From Tubiluchus corallicola (lineage: Eukaryota; Animalia; Priapulida), in NCBI GenBank assembly GCA_030141605.1, contig JAQGDQ010002391.1:55685-119684 (forward strand): a stretch of DNA of 64,000 nt, given 5' to 3'. The notes under the pieces are model-generated. The model did no database searches. It was not told the DNA's origin and saw nothing but the letters and a program-made list of their open reading frames with translations. A program made the position numbers and the translations under genes. The first letter of the stretch is position 1, and each line of letters opens with the position of its first letter. This document shows positions 29,698 to 39,112 of this stretch, in pieces.

Positions 29698-31464
29698 TTG
29701 TTAAAGGAAGTTTTTCTATTTAAATTAGGAAGAATATTTTTATCTTTTTTATTTTTGTTTCTTTTAGTTTTCACCTCCTGAAAAAAGAAAGATGAGCATG
29801 TTTCACATACAGGCAAAGATTTTCAGAGCTATTCATTTGATATAGAAAATGAACAAGTGGAAATAGGAGAAAACACTATTTCAGTAGAATTACCCAGTGG
29901 CACTGATGTATTAAGCTTGACAACCATCTTTGAAGTATCCGAAGGAGCAAAAGCAAATATAGATGGTGAACCTCAAATAAGTGGCGAAACGAAAAATGAT
30001 TTTAGTGGAGATGTACTCTATACAGTTGTAGCAGAAAATGGAAGTGATTATAAGGACTATACAGTAGCAGTAACTGTAGGACAACCTACTTTCCAAGCCC
30101 TAAGCTATTACAATAAAGAGAACCGTATAGGAGCAGGTGATTTTGAAAAAGAAGATTTGTTTGAAATAAGCAATTTGCCAGATGGAACATATACTTATTC
30201 GCTGAAAATAGGAGAGAAAGATGCTGGAACAGCACAAACAGTAACAGTAACAGACAATATAGGCAAAATAAAAAGTCTTTTACCTACAGATGATTGGAAA
30301 ACTATAAATGATGAAGGGGTTAGCATTACTTTAACTATGGTCAATGATGGTACAGATAATGATGTGTTTATTTATAGCATCACTAAGGAGCAATACGCTA
30401 TTAAAAGCTGGCAAGACTTACAGGGTATGCAATATGATTTAACTGGTACTTATACTTTGGAGAATGACATATCCCTACCTACTCCTTCCACAGGAGGTGG
30501 AGCTTTCCCGAACGAGCTTCCTGCAGAAGGTTTTGATCCTGTGGGTGATGGGGATAATATATTTACAGGCTCATTTGAAGGACAGGATAATGTAATAAGA
30601 AATTTCTTTATAGATCGCAGCGAGACAGTGAATGTAGGCTTGTTTGGACATGTAAATGATAGTGATAGTGAAATAGAAGATGTAAACATAGAAGTAAACG
30701 AAATAACAGGAAAACATAGTGTTGGTGGTCTTGCAGGGAGTATTATAGCAGGAACAATAAATAATTGTCATATTACAGGAGGTAGTGTGGAAGCAAAAAA
30801 AGCTAGCACTGGCTTTTCTTATCTTGGCGGACTGGTAGGAAATCTTAGTGGTGGTGGTAATATTTCTAACTGCTATGCCACAGGAGATGTAGAAGGAGGA
30901 TCTACCATTGGTGGACTAGTAGGGTATATTGAGAACGGAAATATATCTGACAGCCATGCCACAGGAGGTGTAAAAGGAAATTCTGTAGGAGGATCTGCTA
31001 CCGTTGGTGGACTAGCAGGGTATATTAAGAACGGAAATATATTTGACAGCTATGCCACAGGAAGGGTAACAGGAACAACTCATGTTGGTGGACTAGTAGG
31101 GCATATTTATGAAAACGTAAATATATCTAACAGCTATCCTGCCACAGGAAGTGTAGAAGGTGTAGAAGGAACATCTGGTGTTGGTGTTGGTGGGCTAATA
31201 GGTAAGATATATCAAAGTCCGACAGTTGAAAATAGTTATTGGGATGAAGCATCCTCTGAGTTAAATACCTCTGCTGGTGGCACAGGTGTTTCCTCAGGGA
31301 ATAATTTGGTGAAGGAAGGAGAGGAGGATTATATAGATAAAGAAGACGATGGCACTGGCACTACAAAGGTTTTTGTAGGTTGGCAATTTGGCACAGATGA
31401 AAATAAGCCTTGGAAGTGGCTGAGTAATGGTAATTGGCCTGTACTGCATTGGGCGGATAATTAA
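29698..31464 (+). pseudogene. Array copy 1: Ig-like + GLUG-repeat surface lipoprotein with destroyed signal (open body 29857-31464)
   Basis: Signal-peptide DNA matches copies 3/4 but the ATG is deleted and the lipobox Cys codon is TGA (29779-29781); GLFG / VGGLVG / SNSYATG repeats. Confidence 0.8.
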
Positions 31465-31508
31465 AGATACAAGGAGCAAAAGAAATAAGAGTATTGCAAA
31501 GAATATCT

Positions 31509-31542
31509 AAAACCGTACTGCAAAAAGGTAGTACGGTTTTTT
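31509..31542 (+). terminator. Rho-independent terminator after copy 1
   Basis: aaaaccgtactgc-aaaaag-gtagtacggtttttt. Confidence 0.8.
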
Positions 31543-31648
31543 ACACAAAGTTGCTTATTTGATTTTTATTTATATTTGATTTTTATTTATATTTGCAAAA
31601 ATTGATATATTTAATGAACCTAAGTTAAATTATAAACATAACTAATTT

Positions 31649-32221
31649 ATGAAAACAGTTTTGAATAAGACAACAGTTTTGAAGCCTATCACAGTACTAT
31701 CATCTTTTATAGTACTATTATCCTTTATTTTTGTGTTGGGATGTAAAAAGGACGATGAGGAAGCTCCTCCTCTCTCTAGTGGAAAAGACATTACGAAGTT
31801 TGATTTTGAGGCAGACAATAATGATGAATTGACAGAAGATGTGGAAGGAGATATTTCAGAAGAAGACGGAACGATTACATTAATAGTACCCTTTGACACA
31901 GATCTAAGTAAAAATTTGAAAGCCAGCTTTGAGGTATCAGGAGGAGCAAAAGTAATGATAAATGATGAACCTCAAACAAGTGGCGAAACGGAAAATCTCT
32001 TTGAGAGAGATCAATCCGTAACCTACACGGTAAAAGCTCAAGATGGTAGCGAAAAGGTATATGATGTAACTGTAACTCTAGCACCACCAATTATAAAAAA
32101 GTTTGATTTTGAGGCAGAACATAACGGAGTATTGGACGTAGATGTGAAAGGAGTTATTTTAGAAGGTGAAGATAAAGATACGATTACATTAATAGTCCCC
32201 CAAGGCACAGATCTAAAGTAA
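31649..32221 (+). CDS. Array copy 2, N-terminal fragment: lipoprotein signal + Ig-like (DUF5018-like) domains
   Basis: Lipobox VLGC-KKDDEE; KDITKFDF...VTYTVKAQDGSEKVYDVTV; ends at a +1 frameshift. Confidence 0.75.
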   Translation: MKTVLNKTTVLKPITVLSSFIVLLSFIFVLGCKKDDEEAPPLSSGKDITKFDFEADNNDELTEDVEGDISEEDGTITLIVPFDTDLSKNLKASFEVSGGAKVMINDEPQTSGETENLFERDQSVTYTVKAQDGSEKVYDVTVTLAPPIIKKFDFEAEHNGVLDVDVKGVILEGEDKDTITLIVPQGTDLK

Positions 32222-32225
32222 AAAC

Positions 32226-34160
32226 TTGACAGCCAGCTTTGAGGTATCGGGAGAAGCAACAGTAACGGTAGAGGGGGTGCTCCAAGAAAGTGGCGAAACG
32301 GCAAATAAATTTAGTAGTAATGTAACCTATAATGTTGCAGAAAAAGATAACCCAAACAACAGTAGGGATTATATTGTAATTGTAACTGAATCAAACCCAA
32401 GTCAAGAATGTGACATTACGGAATTTAAATTTGAGGCAGACAAAAATCAAGCATTGACAGACGATGTGGTCGCAGATGACTTTACAGGATCAATTGAGAT
32501 TTCGTTAACAGTCCCCTATGGCACAGGTCTAAAATTGACCCCTACCATAGTAGTATCAGATAAAGCCAAAGTAGATCCCGCCAGTGAAGAGGAGAAAGAT
32601 TTCACAAACCCAGTAACCTACACGGTAACAGCAGAAGATGAAACTACTACGAAGAGTTATACTGTAACAGTAAATGTAGCAGGAGAACCTACTTTCGAAG
32701 CCCTAAGCTATTACAATGGAGAGAACCGTATAGGGGCAGGAGACTTTGAGAATAAAGATAGTTTGTTTGTGTTGAGCAATTTGGCAAATGGAATATATAC
32801 TTATTCGCTGAAAATAGGAGAGAAAGATGCTGGAACAGCACAAACAGTAACAGTAACAGACAATATAGGCAAAATAGAAAATACTTTATCTGTAGGTGAT
32901 TGGAAATCTATAAATGATGAAGAGGTTAGCATTACTTTAACTATAGGTACAGATAATGATGTGTTTGCTTATACCATTACTAAGGAGCAATACGCTATTA
33001 AAAGCTGGCAAGACTTACAGGGTATGAAGTATGATTTAGAAGGAGATTATAGCTTAAAGAACAATGTAGAACTTCCAACACCAACGGATGGAGGAACATT
33101 CCCCGAATCACTTCCTGCAGCAGGTTTTGAGCCTATAGGTGATAGTGATAATCCATTTGAGGGGTCTTTTAATGGTAATAATAATAAAATAAGTAATTTC
33201 TTTATAGATCACAGCGGTGCAGATAATGTAGGCTTGTTTGGTTATGTAGAAGATGGTCAAATAGAAGATGTAAACATAGAAGTAAACGAAATAACAGGAA
33301 AACATAATGTTGGTGGTCTTGCAGGGTATATTAGTGCAACAGAAGAAAAAACTATAAAAAATTGTCATATTACAGGAGGTAGTGTGAATGCAGGGAACAG
33401 CTCTGGTGTTTCTAATCTTGGCGGGCTAGTAGGCGGTGTGTCTACTCAGGGGCTGGCAACAATTACTATTTCTGATTGCTCTGCTGCTAATGCTGTAGAA
33501 GGAAATGGGCGACATGTTGGTGGACTAGTAGGAATTTTTGGTAGTGGTAATATTTCTAACTGCTATGCCACAGGAAGTGTAACAGGCACAGGAAGTGTAG
33601 TAACAGAAGAATCATATGGCGTTGGTGGACTAGTAGGGTTTATATTTGGAAATATTTCTAACAGCTATGCCACAGGAAGTGTAACAGGAGAACATGACGT
33701 TGGTGGACTAGTAGGGGATCTTCTTGTAGGAAATATATCTAACAGCTATGCCACATCAGGAAGTGTAACAGCAACAAGAACTACAGGAGAATCTAACGTT
33801 GGTGGACTAGTAGGGTATCTAGCCGGCAGCATATCTAACAGCTATGCTGCCACAGGAAGTGTAACAGGAGCATCTAACGTTGGTGTTGGTGGGCTAATAG
33901 GTAAGATAGAACAAAACCCGACAGTTGAAAATAGTTATTGGGATAAAAAATCCTCTGGTTTACTTACCTCTGCTGGTGGCGGTACAGGTGTTTCATCAGG
34001 AGAATATTTGGAGCAGGAAGAAAATAAATATATAGATAAAGAAGATGATGGCAGTGGCACTACAGAGGTTTTTGTAGGTTGGAATTTTGGCACAGATAAT
34101 AGTAATCCTTGGAAGTGGCTGAGTAATGGTAATTGGCCTGTACTGAATTGGCAACAGTAG
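32226..34160 (+). CDS. Array copy 2, C-terminal fragment: Ig-like domains, linker module, GLUG repeats
   Basis: DFTNPVTYTVTAED, IKSWQDLQGM, NVGLFG, repeated VGGLVG..ISNSYATGSV, terminal WPVLNW. Confidence 0.8.
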   Translation: MTASFEVSGEATVTVEGVLQESGETANKFSSNVTYNVAEKDNPNNSRDYIVIVTESNPSQECDITEFKFEADKNQALTDDVVADDFTGSIEISLTVPYGTGLKLTPTIVVSDKAKVDPASEEEKDFTNPVTYTVTAEDETTTKSYTVTVNVAGEPTFEALSYYNGENRIGAGDFENKDSLFVLSNLANGIYTYSLKIGEKDAGTAQTVTVTDNIGKIENTLSVGDWKSINDEEVSITLTIGTDNDVFAYTITKEQYAIKSWQDLQGMKYDLEGDYSLKNNVELPTPTDGGTFPESLPAAGFEPIGDSDNPFEGSFNGNNNKISNFFIDHSGADNVGLFGYVEDGQIEDVNIEVNEITGKHNVGGLAGYISATEEKTIKNCHITGGSVNAGNSSGVSNLGGLVGGVSTQGLATITISDCSAANAVEGNGRHVGGLVGIFGSGNISNCYATGSVTGTGSVVTEESYGVGGLVGFIFGNISNSYATGSVTGEHDVGGLVGDLLVGNISNSYATSGSVTATRTTGESNVGGLVGYLAGSISNSYAATGSVTGASNVGVGGLIGKIEQNPTVENSYWDKKSSGLLTSAGGGTGVSSGEYLEQEENKYIDKEDDGSGTTEVFVGWNFGTDNSNPWKWLSNGNWPVLNWQQ

Positions 34161-34210
34161 TTATAAACCATTTTCAAATCTTTTTTATATAAAATATTCA
34201 CTAAAATTTT

Positions 34211-34260
34211 AAAGCAAGTACATTATAAAAAATGTACTTGCTTTGTATTGTACTTGCTTC
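34211..34260. repeat. Repeated intergenic element A: 14-bp inverted arms, spacer ATAAAA, third partial arm
   Basis: aaagcaagtacatt-ataaaa-aatgtacttgcttt then gtat-tgtacttgcttc; probable terminator. Confidence 0.85.
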
Positions 34261-34326
34261 TGCTAAATTTTAAAAAAACTTACCTTTGATAAGTATGTTA
34301 CTTTTAGGATTATAAATAAAATAGGT

Positions 34327-36210
34327 ATGAAAAATTTATTATTGTTAAAGGAAGTTTTTCTATTTAAATTAGGAAGAATATTTTTATCTTTTTTATTTTT
34401 GTTTCTTTTAGTTTTCACCTCCTGCAAAAAGAGTGAATCAGAACAACCTGAACCTCCTAAATCAGACGACAAGGAAATTGTAAGATTTGTATTTGAGAAA
34501 GATAATAATGAAATATTAAATGCGGATATAGAAGGAGAGATTATAGATCAAGAAGGTAAAATTAATATAGTACTTCCTTATGGTATAACCACTAACTCTC
34601 TTATGCTGTCTCCTACAATAGAGATATCAGAAAAAGCTACAATAGATCCTCCCAGTGGTGAGAAACAAGATTTTGCGAATGATATAACTTATACAGTAAC
34701 AGCCGAAGATGGAAGTGAAAAGAACTATGAAGTAACAGTAGGTGTAAGACCTACTTTCCAAGCCCTAAGCTATTACAATGGAGAGAACCGTATAGGGGCG
34801 GGTGATTTTGAAAAAGAAGATTTGTTTGAAATAAGCAATTTGCAAGATGGAGAATATACTTATTCGCTGAAAATAGGAGAGAAAGATGATGGAACAGCAC
34901 AAACAGTAACAGTAATAGACAATATAGGCAAAATAGATAATCCTTTACCTGTAGACGATTGGAAAACTATAAATGATGAAGGGGTTAGCATTACTTTAAC
35001 TATAGTCAATGATGGTACAGATAATGATGTGTTTATTTATAGCATTACTAAGGAGCAATACGCTATTAAAAGCTGGCAAGACTTACAGGGTATGAAGTAT
35101 GATTTAGAAGGTACTTATAGCTTAGAGAACGATGTAGAACTTCCAACACCAACGGATGGAGGGAATTTCCCCGAATCACTTCCTGAAAAAGGTTTTGAGC
35201 CTATAGGTGATAGTGACAATCCATTTAAGGGGGATTTTAATGGAGGGGGTAATGTGATAAGTAATTTCTTTATAAATCGCAGCGAAGCAGATAATGTAGG
35301 CTTGTTTGGATATGTAGAAGATGGTGGTGAAATAATAAATGTAAACATAAAAGTAAACAAAATAACAGGAAATACTAATGTTGGTAGTCTTGCAGGGCAT
35401 ATTACAACAAAAACAGAAGAAACAATTATAAAAAATTGTCATATTACAGGAGATTCTGTGGAAGCAAAAGAGAACAATCTTGGCGGGCTCGCAGGCAAGA
35501 TGTCTGCTGATAATGATCAGGGAAAAATTAAAGTTTATAATTGCTCTGCTACTAATCCTGTAAAAGGAAATGGGCGACATGTTGGCGGACTGGTAGGGTA
35601 TCAATCTGGTAATGGTACAAATATTTCTAACAGCTATGCCACAGGAGATGTAACAGGAACAACTCATGTTGGCGGACTAGTAGGGGATAATTCTTTGGGA
35701 AATATATCTAACAGCTATGCCACAGGAAGTGTAGAAGGAGAATATGACGTTGGTGGACTAGTAGGGTATCTAACCGGCAGCATATTTAACAGCTATGCTG
35801 CCACAGGAAGTGTAACAGGAACAACAGGTACAGGAGAATATAACGTTGGTGGACTAGTAGGGTATCTAACCGGCAGCATATTTAACAGCTATGCTGCCAC
35901 AGGAAGTGTAACAGGTGTAGAAGGAACATCTGGTGTTGGTGGGCTAATAGGTAAGATAGATCAAAGTCCGACAGTTGAAAATAGTTATTGGGATAAAAAA
36001 TCCTCTGAGTTAGATACCTCTGCTGGTGGCGACCAAGTAGTAGGTGTTTCCTCAGGAGAAAATTTGGAGATGGAAGGAGGGGGTTATGTAGATAAAGGCG
36101 ATGATGGCAGTGGCAATAATCCCGTTTTCGAAGACTGGGGGTTTGACAAAAATGATTATAATCCTTGGTATTGGCGGAACAATAATTGGCCTATACTGTA
36201 TTGGCAATAG
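34327..36210 (+). CDS. Array copy 3: intact Ig-like + GLUG-repeat surface lipoprotein
   Basis: Long signal, lipobox FTSC-KKSESE; one Ig-like unit, shared module, GLUG repeats incl. a near-perfect duplication (35749/35845). Confidence 0.9.
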   Translation: MKNLLLLKEVFLFKLGRIFLSFLFLFLLVFTSCKKSESEQPEPPKSDDKEIVRFVFEKDNNEILNADIEGEIIDQEGKINIVLPYGITTNSLMLSPTIEISEKATIDPPSGEKQDFANDITYTVTAEDGSEKNYEVTVGVRPTFQALSYYNGENRIGAGDFEKEDLFEISNLQDGEYTYSLKIGEKDDGTAQTVTVIDNIGKIDNPLPVDDWKTINDEGVSITLTIVNDGTDNDVFIYSITKEQYAIKSWQDLQGMKYDLEGTYSLENDVELPTPTDGGNFPESLPEKGFEPIGDSDNPFKGDFNGGGNVISNFFINRSEADNVGLFGYVEDGGEIINVNIKVNKITGNTNVGSLAGHITTKTEETIIKNCHITGDSVEAKENNLGGLAGKMSADNDQGKIKVYNCSATNPVKGNGRHVGGLVGYQSGNGTNISNSYATGDVTGTTHVGGLVGDNSLGNISNSYATGSVEGEYDVGGLVGYLTGSIFNSYAATGSVTGTTGTGEYNVGGLVGYLTGSIFNSYAATGSVTGVEGTSGVGGLIGKIDQSPTVENSYWDKKSSELDTSAGGDQVVGVSSGENLEMEGGGYVDKGDDGSGNNPVFEDWGFDKNDYNPWYWRNNNWPILYWQ

Positions 36211-36263
36211 TAGCTATAAACCATTTTCAAATCTTTTTTATATAAAATATTCACTAAAATTTT

Positions 36264-36313
36264 AAAGCAAGTACATTTCTTATAATGTACTTGCTTTGTA
36301 TTGTGCTTGCTTC
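36264..36313. repeat. Repeated intergenic element B: same arms, spacer TCTTAT
   Basis: aaagcaagtacatt-tcttat-aatgtacttgcttt. Confidence 0.85.
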
Positions 36314-36387
36314 TGCAAAATTTATAAAAAAAGTTATCTTTGCATAAAAATATTGTTTTTTTAGGATATAAATAAAATTAAATTAGT

Positions 36388-39009
36388 ATGAAAAAATTAT
36401 TATTGTTAAAGGAAGTTTTTCTTTTTAAATTAGGAAGAATATTTTTATCTTTTTTATTTTTGTTTCTTTTAGTTTTCACCTCCTGCAAAAAGGAAGAAGA
36501 GCATGTTTCACAATCTACAGATAAAGATTTTCTGAGCTATTCATTAAGGGTACAAGATGAAAATGTGGAAATAGGAAACGACACTATTTCAATAGACTTA
36601 CCCAATGACACTAATGTAACACAATTGAGAGCCATCTTTACACTATCCCAAGGAGCAACAGCAAAGATAGGTGACAGTGTTCAAATAAGTGGCGTAACGC
36701 CAAATGATTTTAGTAGTGATGTAACCTATACTGTTGTAGCCGAAGATGGAAGTGAAAAGAACTATGTAGTAACAGTAAATATTTTACAATCTACAGATAA
36801 AGATTTTCTGAGCTATTCATTTGGGGTACAAGATGAAAATGTGGAAATAGGAAACGACACTATTTCAATAGACTTACCCAATGACACTAATGTAACACAA
36901 TTGAGAGCCATCTTTACACTATCCCAAGGAGCAACAGCAAAGATAGGTGACAGTGTTCAAATAAGTGGCGTAACGCCAAATGATTTTAGTAGTGAGGTAA
37001 CCTATACAGTTGTAGCCGAAGATGAAAGTGAAAAGAACTATGTAGTAATAGTAACAGTAAATGTTTCACAATCTACAGATAAAGATTTTCTGAGCTATTC
37101 ATTTGGGGTACAAGATGAAAATGTGGAAATAGGAAACGACACTATTTCAATAGACTTACCCAATGACACTAATGTAACACAATTGAGAGCCATCTTTACA
37201 CTATCCCAAGGAGCAACAGCAAAGATAGGTGACGATCCTCAAATAAGTGGCGTAACGCCAAATGATTTTAGTAGTGATGTAACCTATACTGTTGTAGCCG
37301 AAGATGGAAGTGAAAAGAACTATGTAGTAACAGTAAATATTTTACAATCTACAGATAAAGATTTTCTGAGCTATTCATTTGGGGTACAAGATGAAAATGT
37401 GGAAATAGGAAACGACACTATTTCAGTAGACTTACCCAATGACACTAATGTAACACAATTGAGAGCCATCTTTACACTATCCCAAGGAGCAACAGCAAAG
37501 ATAGGTGACAGTGTTCAAATAAGTGGCGTAACGCCAAATGATTTTAGTAGTGAGGTAACCTATACAGTTGTAGCCGAAGATGAAAGTGAAAAGAACTATG
37601 TAGTAATAGTAACAGTAAATGTTTCACAATCTACAGATAAAGATTTTCTGAGCTATTCATTTGGGGTACAAGATGAAAATGTGGAAATAGGAAACGACAC
37701 TATTTCAATAGACTTACCCAATGACACTAATGTAACACAATTGAGAGCCATCTTTACACTATCCCAAGGAGCAACAGCAAAGATAGGTGACGATCCTCAA
37801 ATAAGTGGCGTTACGCCAAATGATTTTAGTAGTGATGTAACCTATACTGTTGTAGCCGAAGATGGAAGTGAAAAAAACTATGTAGTAACAGTAAATATTT
37901 TACAATCTACAGATAAAGATTTTCTGAGCTATTCATTTGGGTTCGGAGATGATGAAGATGTGGAAATAGGAAACGACACTATTTTAGTAGACTTACCCAG
38001 TGGTACTGATGTAACACAATTGATAGCCACCTTTACACTATCCCAAGGAGCAACAGCAAAGATAGGTGACGATCCTCAAATAAGTGGCGTTACGCCAAAT
38101 GATTTTAGTAGTGATGTAACCTATACTGTTGTAGCCGAAGATGGAAGTAAAAAAAACTATGTAGTAATAGTTGCTTTACAATCTACAGACAAATATTTTC
38201 TGAATTATTCATTAGGGGTACAAGGTGAAAATGTGGAAATAGGAAACGACACTATTTCAGTAGACTTACCCAGTGGCACTGATGTAACACAATTGAGAGC
38301 CATCTTTACACTATCCCAAGGAGCAACAGCAAAGATAGGTGACAGTGTTCAAATAAGTGGCGTAACGCCAAATGATTTTAGTAGTGATGTAACCTATACT
38401 GTTGTAGCCGAAGATGGAAGTGAAAAGAACTATGTAGTAACAGTAAATATTTTACAATCTACAGATAAAGATTTTCTGAGCTATTCATTAAGGGTAGAAG
38501 GTGAAAATGTGCGAATAGGAAACGACACTATTTCAATAGACTTACCCAATGACACTAATGTAACACAATTGAGAGCCACCTTTATACTATCTCAAGGAGC
38601 AACAGCAAAGATAGGTGACGATACTCAAATAAGTGGCGTAACGCCAAATGATTTTAGTAGTGATGTAACCTATACTGTTGTAGCCGAAGATGGAAGTGAA
38701 AAGAACTATGTAGTAACAGTAAATATTTTACAATCTACAGATAAAGATTTTCTGAGCTATTCATTTGGGGTACAAGATGAAAATGTGGAAATAGGAAACG
38801 ACACTATTTTAGTAGACTTACCCAGTGGTACTGATGTAACACAATTGATAGCCACCTTTACACTATCCCAAGGAGCAACAGCAAAGATAGGTGACGATCC
38901 TCAACAAAGTGGCACAACGACAAATGATTTTAGTAATGATGTAACCTATACAGTTGTAGCCGAAGATGAAAGTGAAAAGAACTATGTAGTAACAGTAACA
39001 GTACAGTAG
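36388..39009 (+). CDS. Array copy 4: lipoprotein of nine tandem Ig-like (DUF5018-like) repeats
   Basis: Lipobox FTSC-KKEEE; nine QSTDK.FL.YS...NDFS..VTYTVVAED.S.KNYVV units. Confidence 0.9.
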   Translation: MKKLLLLKEVFLFKLGRIFLSFLFLFLLVFTSCKKEEEHVSQSTDKDFLSYSLRVQDENVEIGNDTISIDLPNDTNVTQLRAIFTLSQGATAKIGDSVQISGVTPNDFSSDVTYTVVAEDGSEKNYVVTVNILQSTDKDFLSYSFGVQDENVEIGNDTISIDLPNDTNVTQLRAIFTLSQGATAKIGDSVQISGVTPNDFSSEVTYTVVAEDESEKNYVVIVTVNVSQSTDKDFLSYSFGVQDENVEIGNDTISIDLPNDTNVTQLRAIFTLSQGATAKIGDDPQISGVTPNDFSSDVTYTVVAEDGSEKNYVVTVNILQSTDKDFLSYSFGVQDENVEIGNDTISVDLPNDTNVTQLRAIFTLSQGATAKIGDSVQISGVTPNDFSSEVTYTVVAEDESEKNYVVIVTVNVSQSTDKDFLSYSFGVQDENVEIGNDTISIDLPNDTNVTQLRAIFTLSQGATAKIGDDPQISGVTPNDFSSDVTYTVVAEDGSEKNYVVTVNILQSTDKDFLSYSFGFGDDEDVEIGNDTILVDLPSGTDVTQLIATFTLSQGATAKIGDDPQISGVTPNDFSSDVTYTVVAEDGSKKNYVVIVALQSTDKYFLNYSLGVQGENVEIGNDTISVDLPSGTDVTQLRAIFTLSQGATAKIGDSVQISGVTPNDFSSDVTYTVVAEDGSEKNYVVTVNILQSTDKDFLSYSLRVEGENVRIGNDTISIDLPNDTNVTQLRATFILSQGATAKIGDDTQISGVTPNDFSSDVTYTVVAEDGSEKNYVVTVNILQSTDKDFLSYSFGVQDENVEIGNDTILVDLPSGTDVTQLIATFTLSQGATAKIGDDPQQSGTTTNDFSNDVTYTVVAEDESEKNYVVTVTVQ
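36511..39006 (+). repeat. Nine near-identical 276/282-bp coding tandem repeats
   Basis: Units start caatctacaga at 36511, 36787, ...; units 2-3 reappear as 4-5. Confidence 0.95.
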
Positions 39010-39062
39010 GACAACCTACTTTCCAAGTCGTAAGCTATTACAAAGATATTCACTAAAATTTT

Positions 39063-39112
39063 AAAGCAAGTACATTTCTTATAATGTACTTGCTTTGTAT
39101 TGTGCTTGCTTC
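39063..39112. repeat. Repeated intergenic element C: same arms, spacer TCTTAT
   Basis: Identical to element B over arms and spacer. Confidence 0.85.

Noticed and set aside
23340-29781. TGA recoding (TGA seen at a Trp position in Stealth and a Cys position in copy 1)
   Set aside because: TGA terminates rsmG, pth and prs normally, and both affected genes carry other lesions
31553-31595. 18-bp tandem duplication upstream of copy 2 as a phase-variable promoter
   Set aside because: Only two low-complexity copies; no evidence of variation is available from one sequence
29698-36210. Diversity-generating retroelement acting on the paralogues
   Set aside because: No reverse transcriptase in the window; differences include indels and all base types rather than adenine-specific TR/VR changes
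36511-39006. CRISPR array
   Set aside because: Repeats are 276-282 bp, in frame and coding, with no unique spacers and no cas genes
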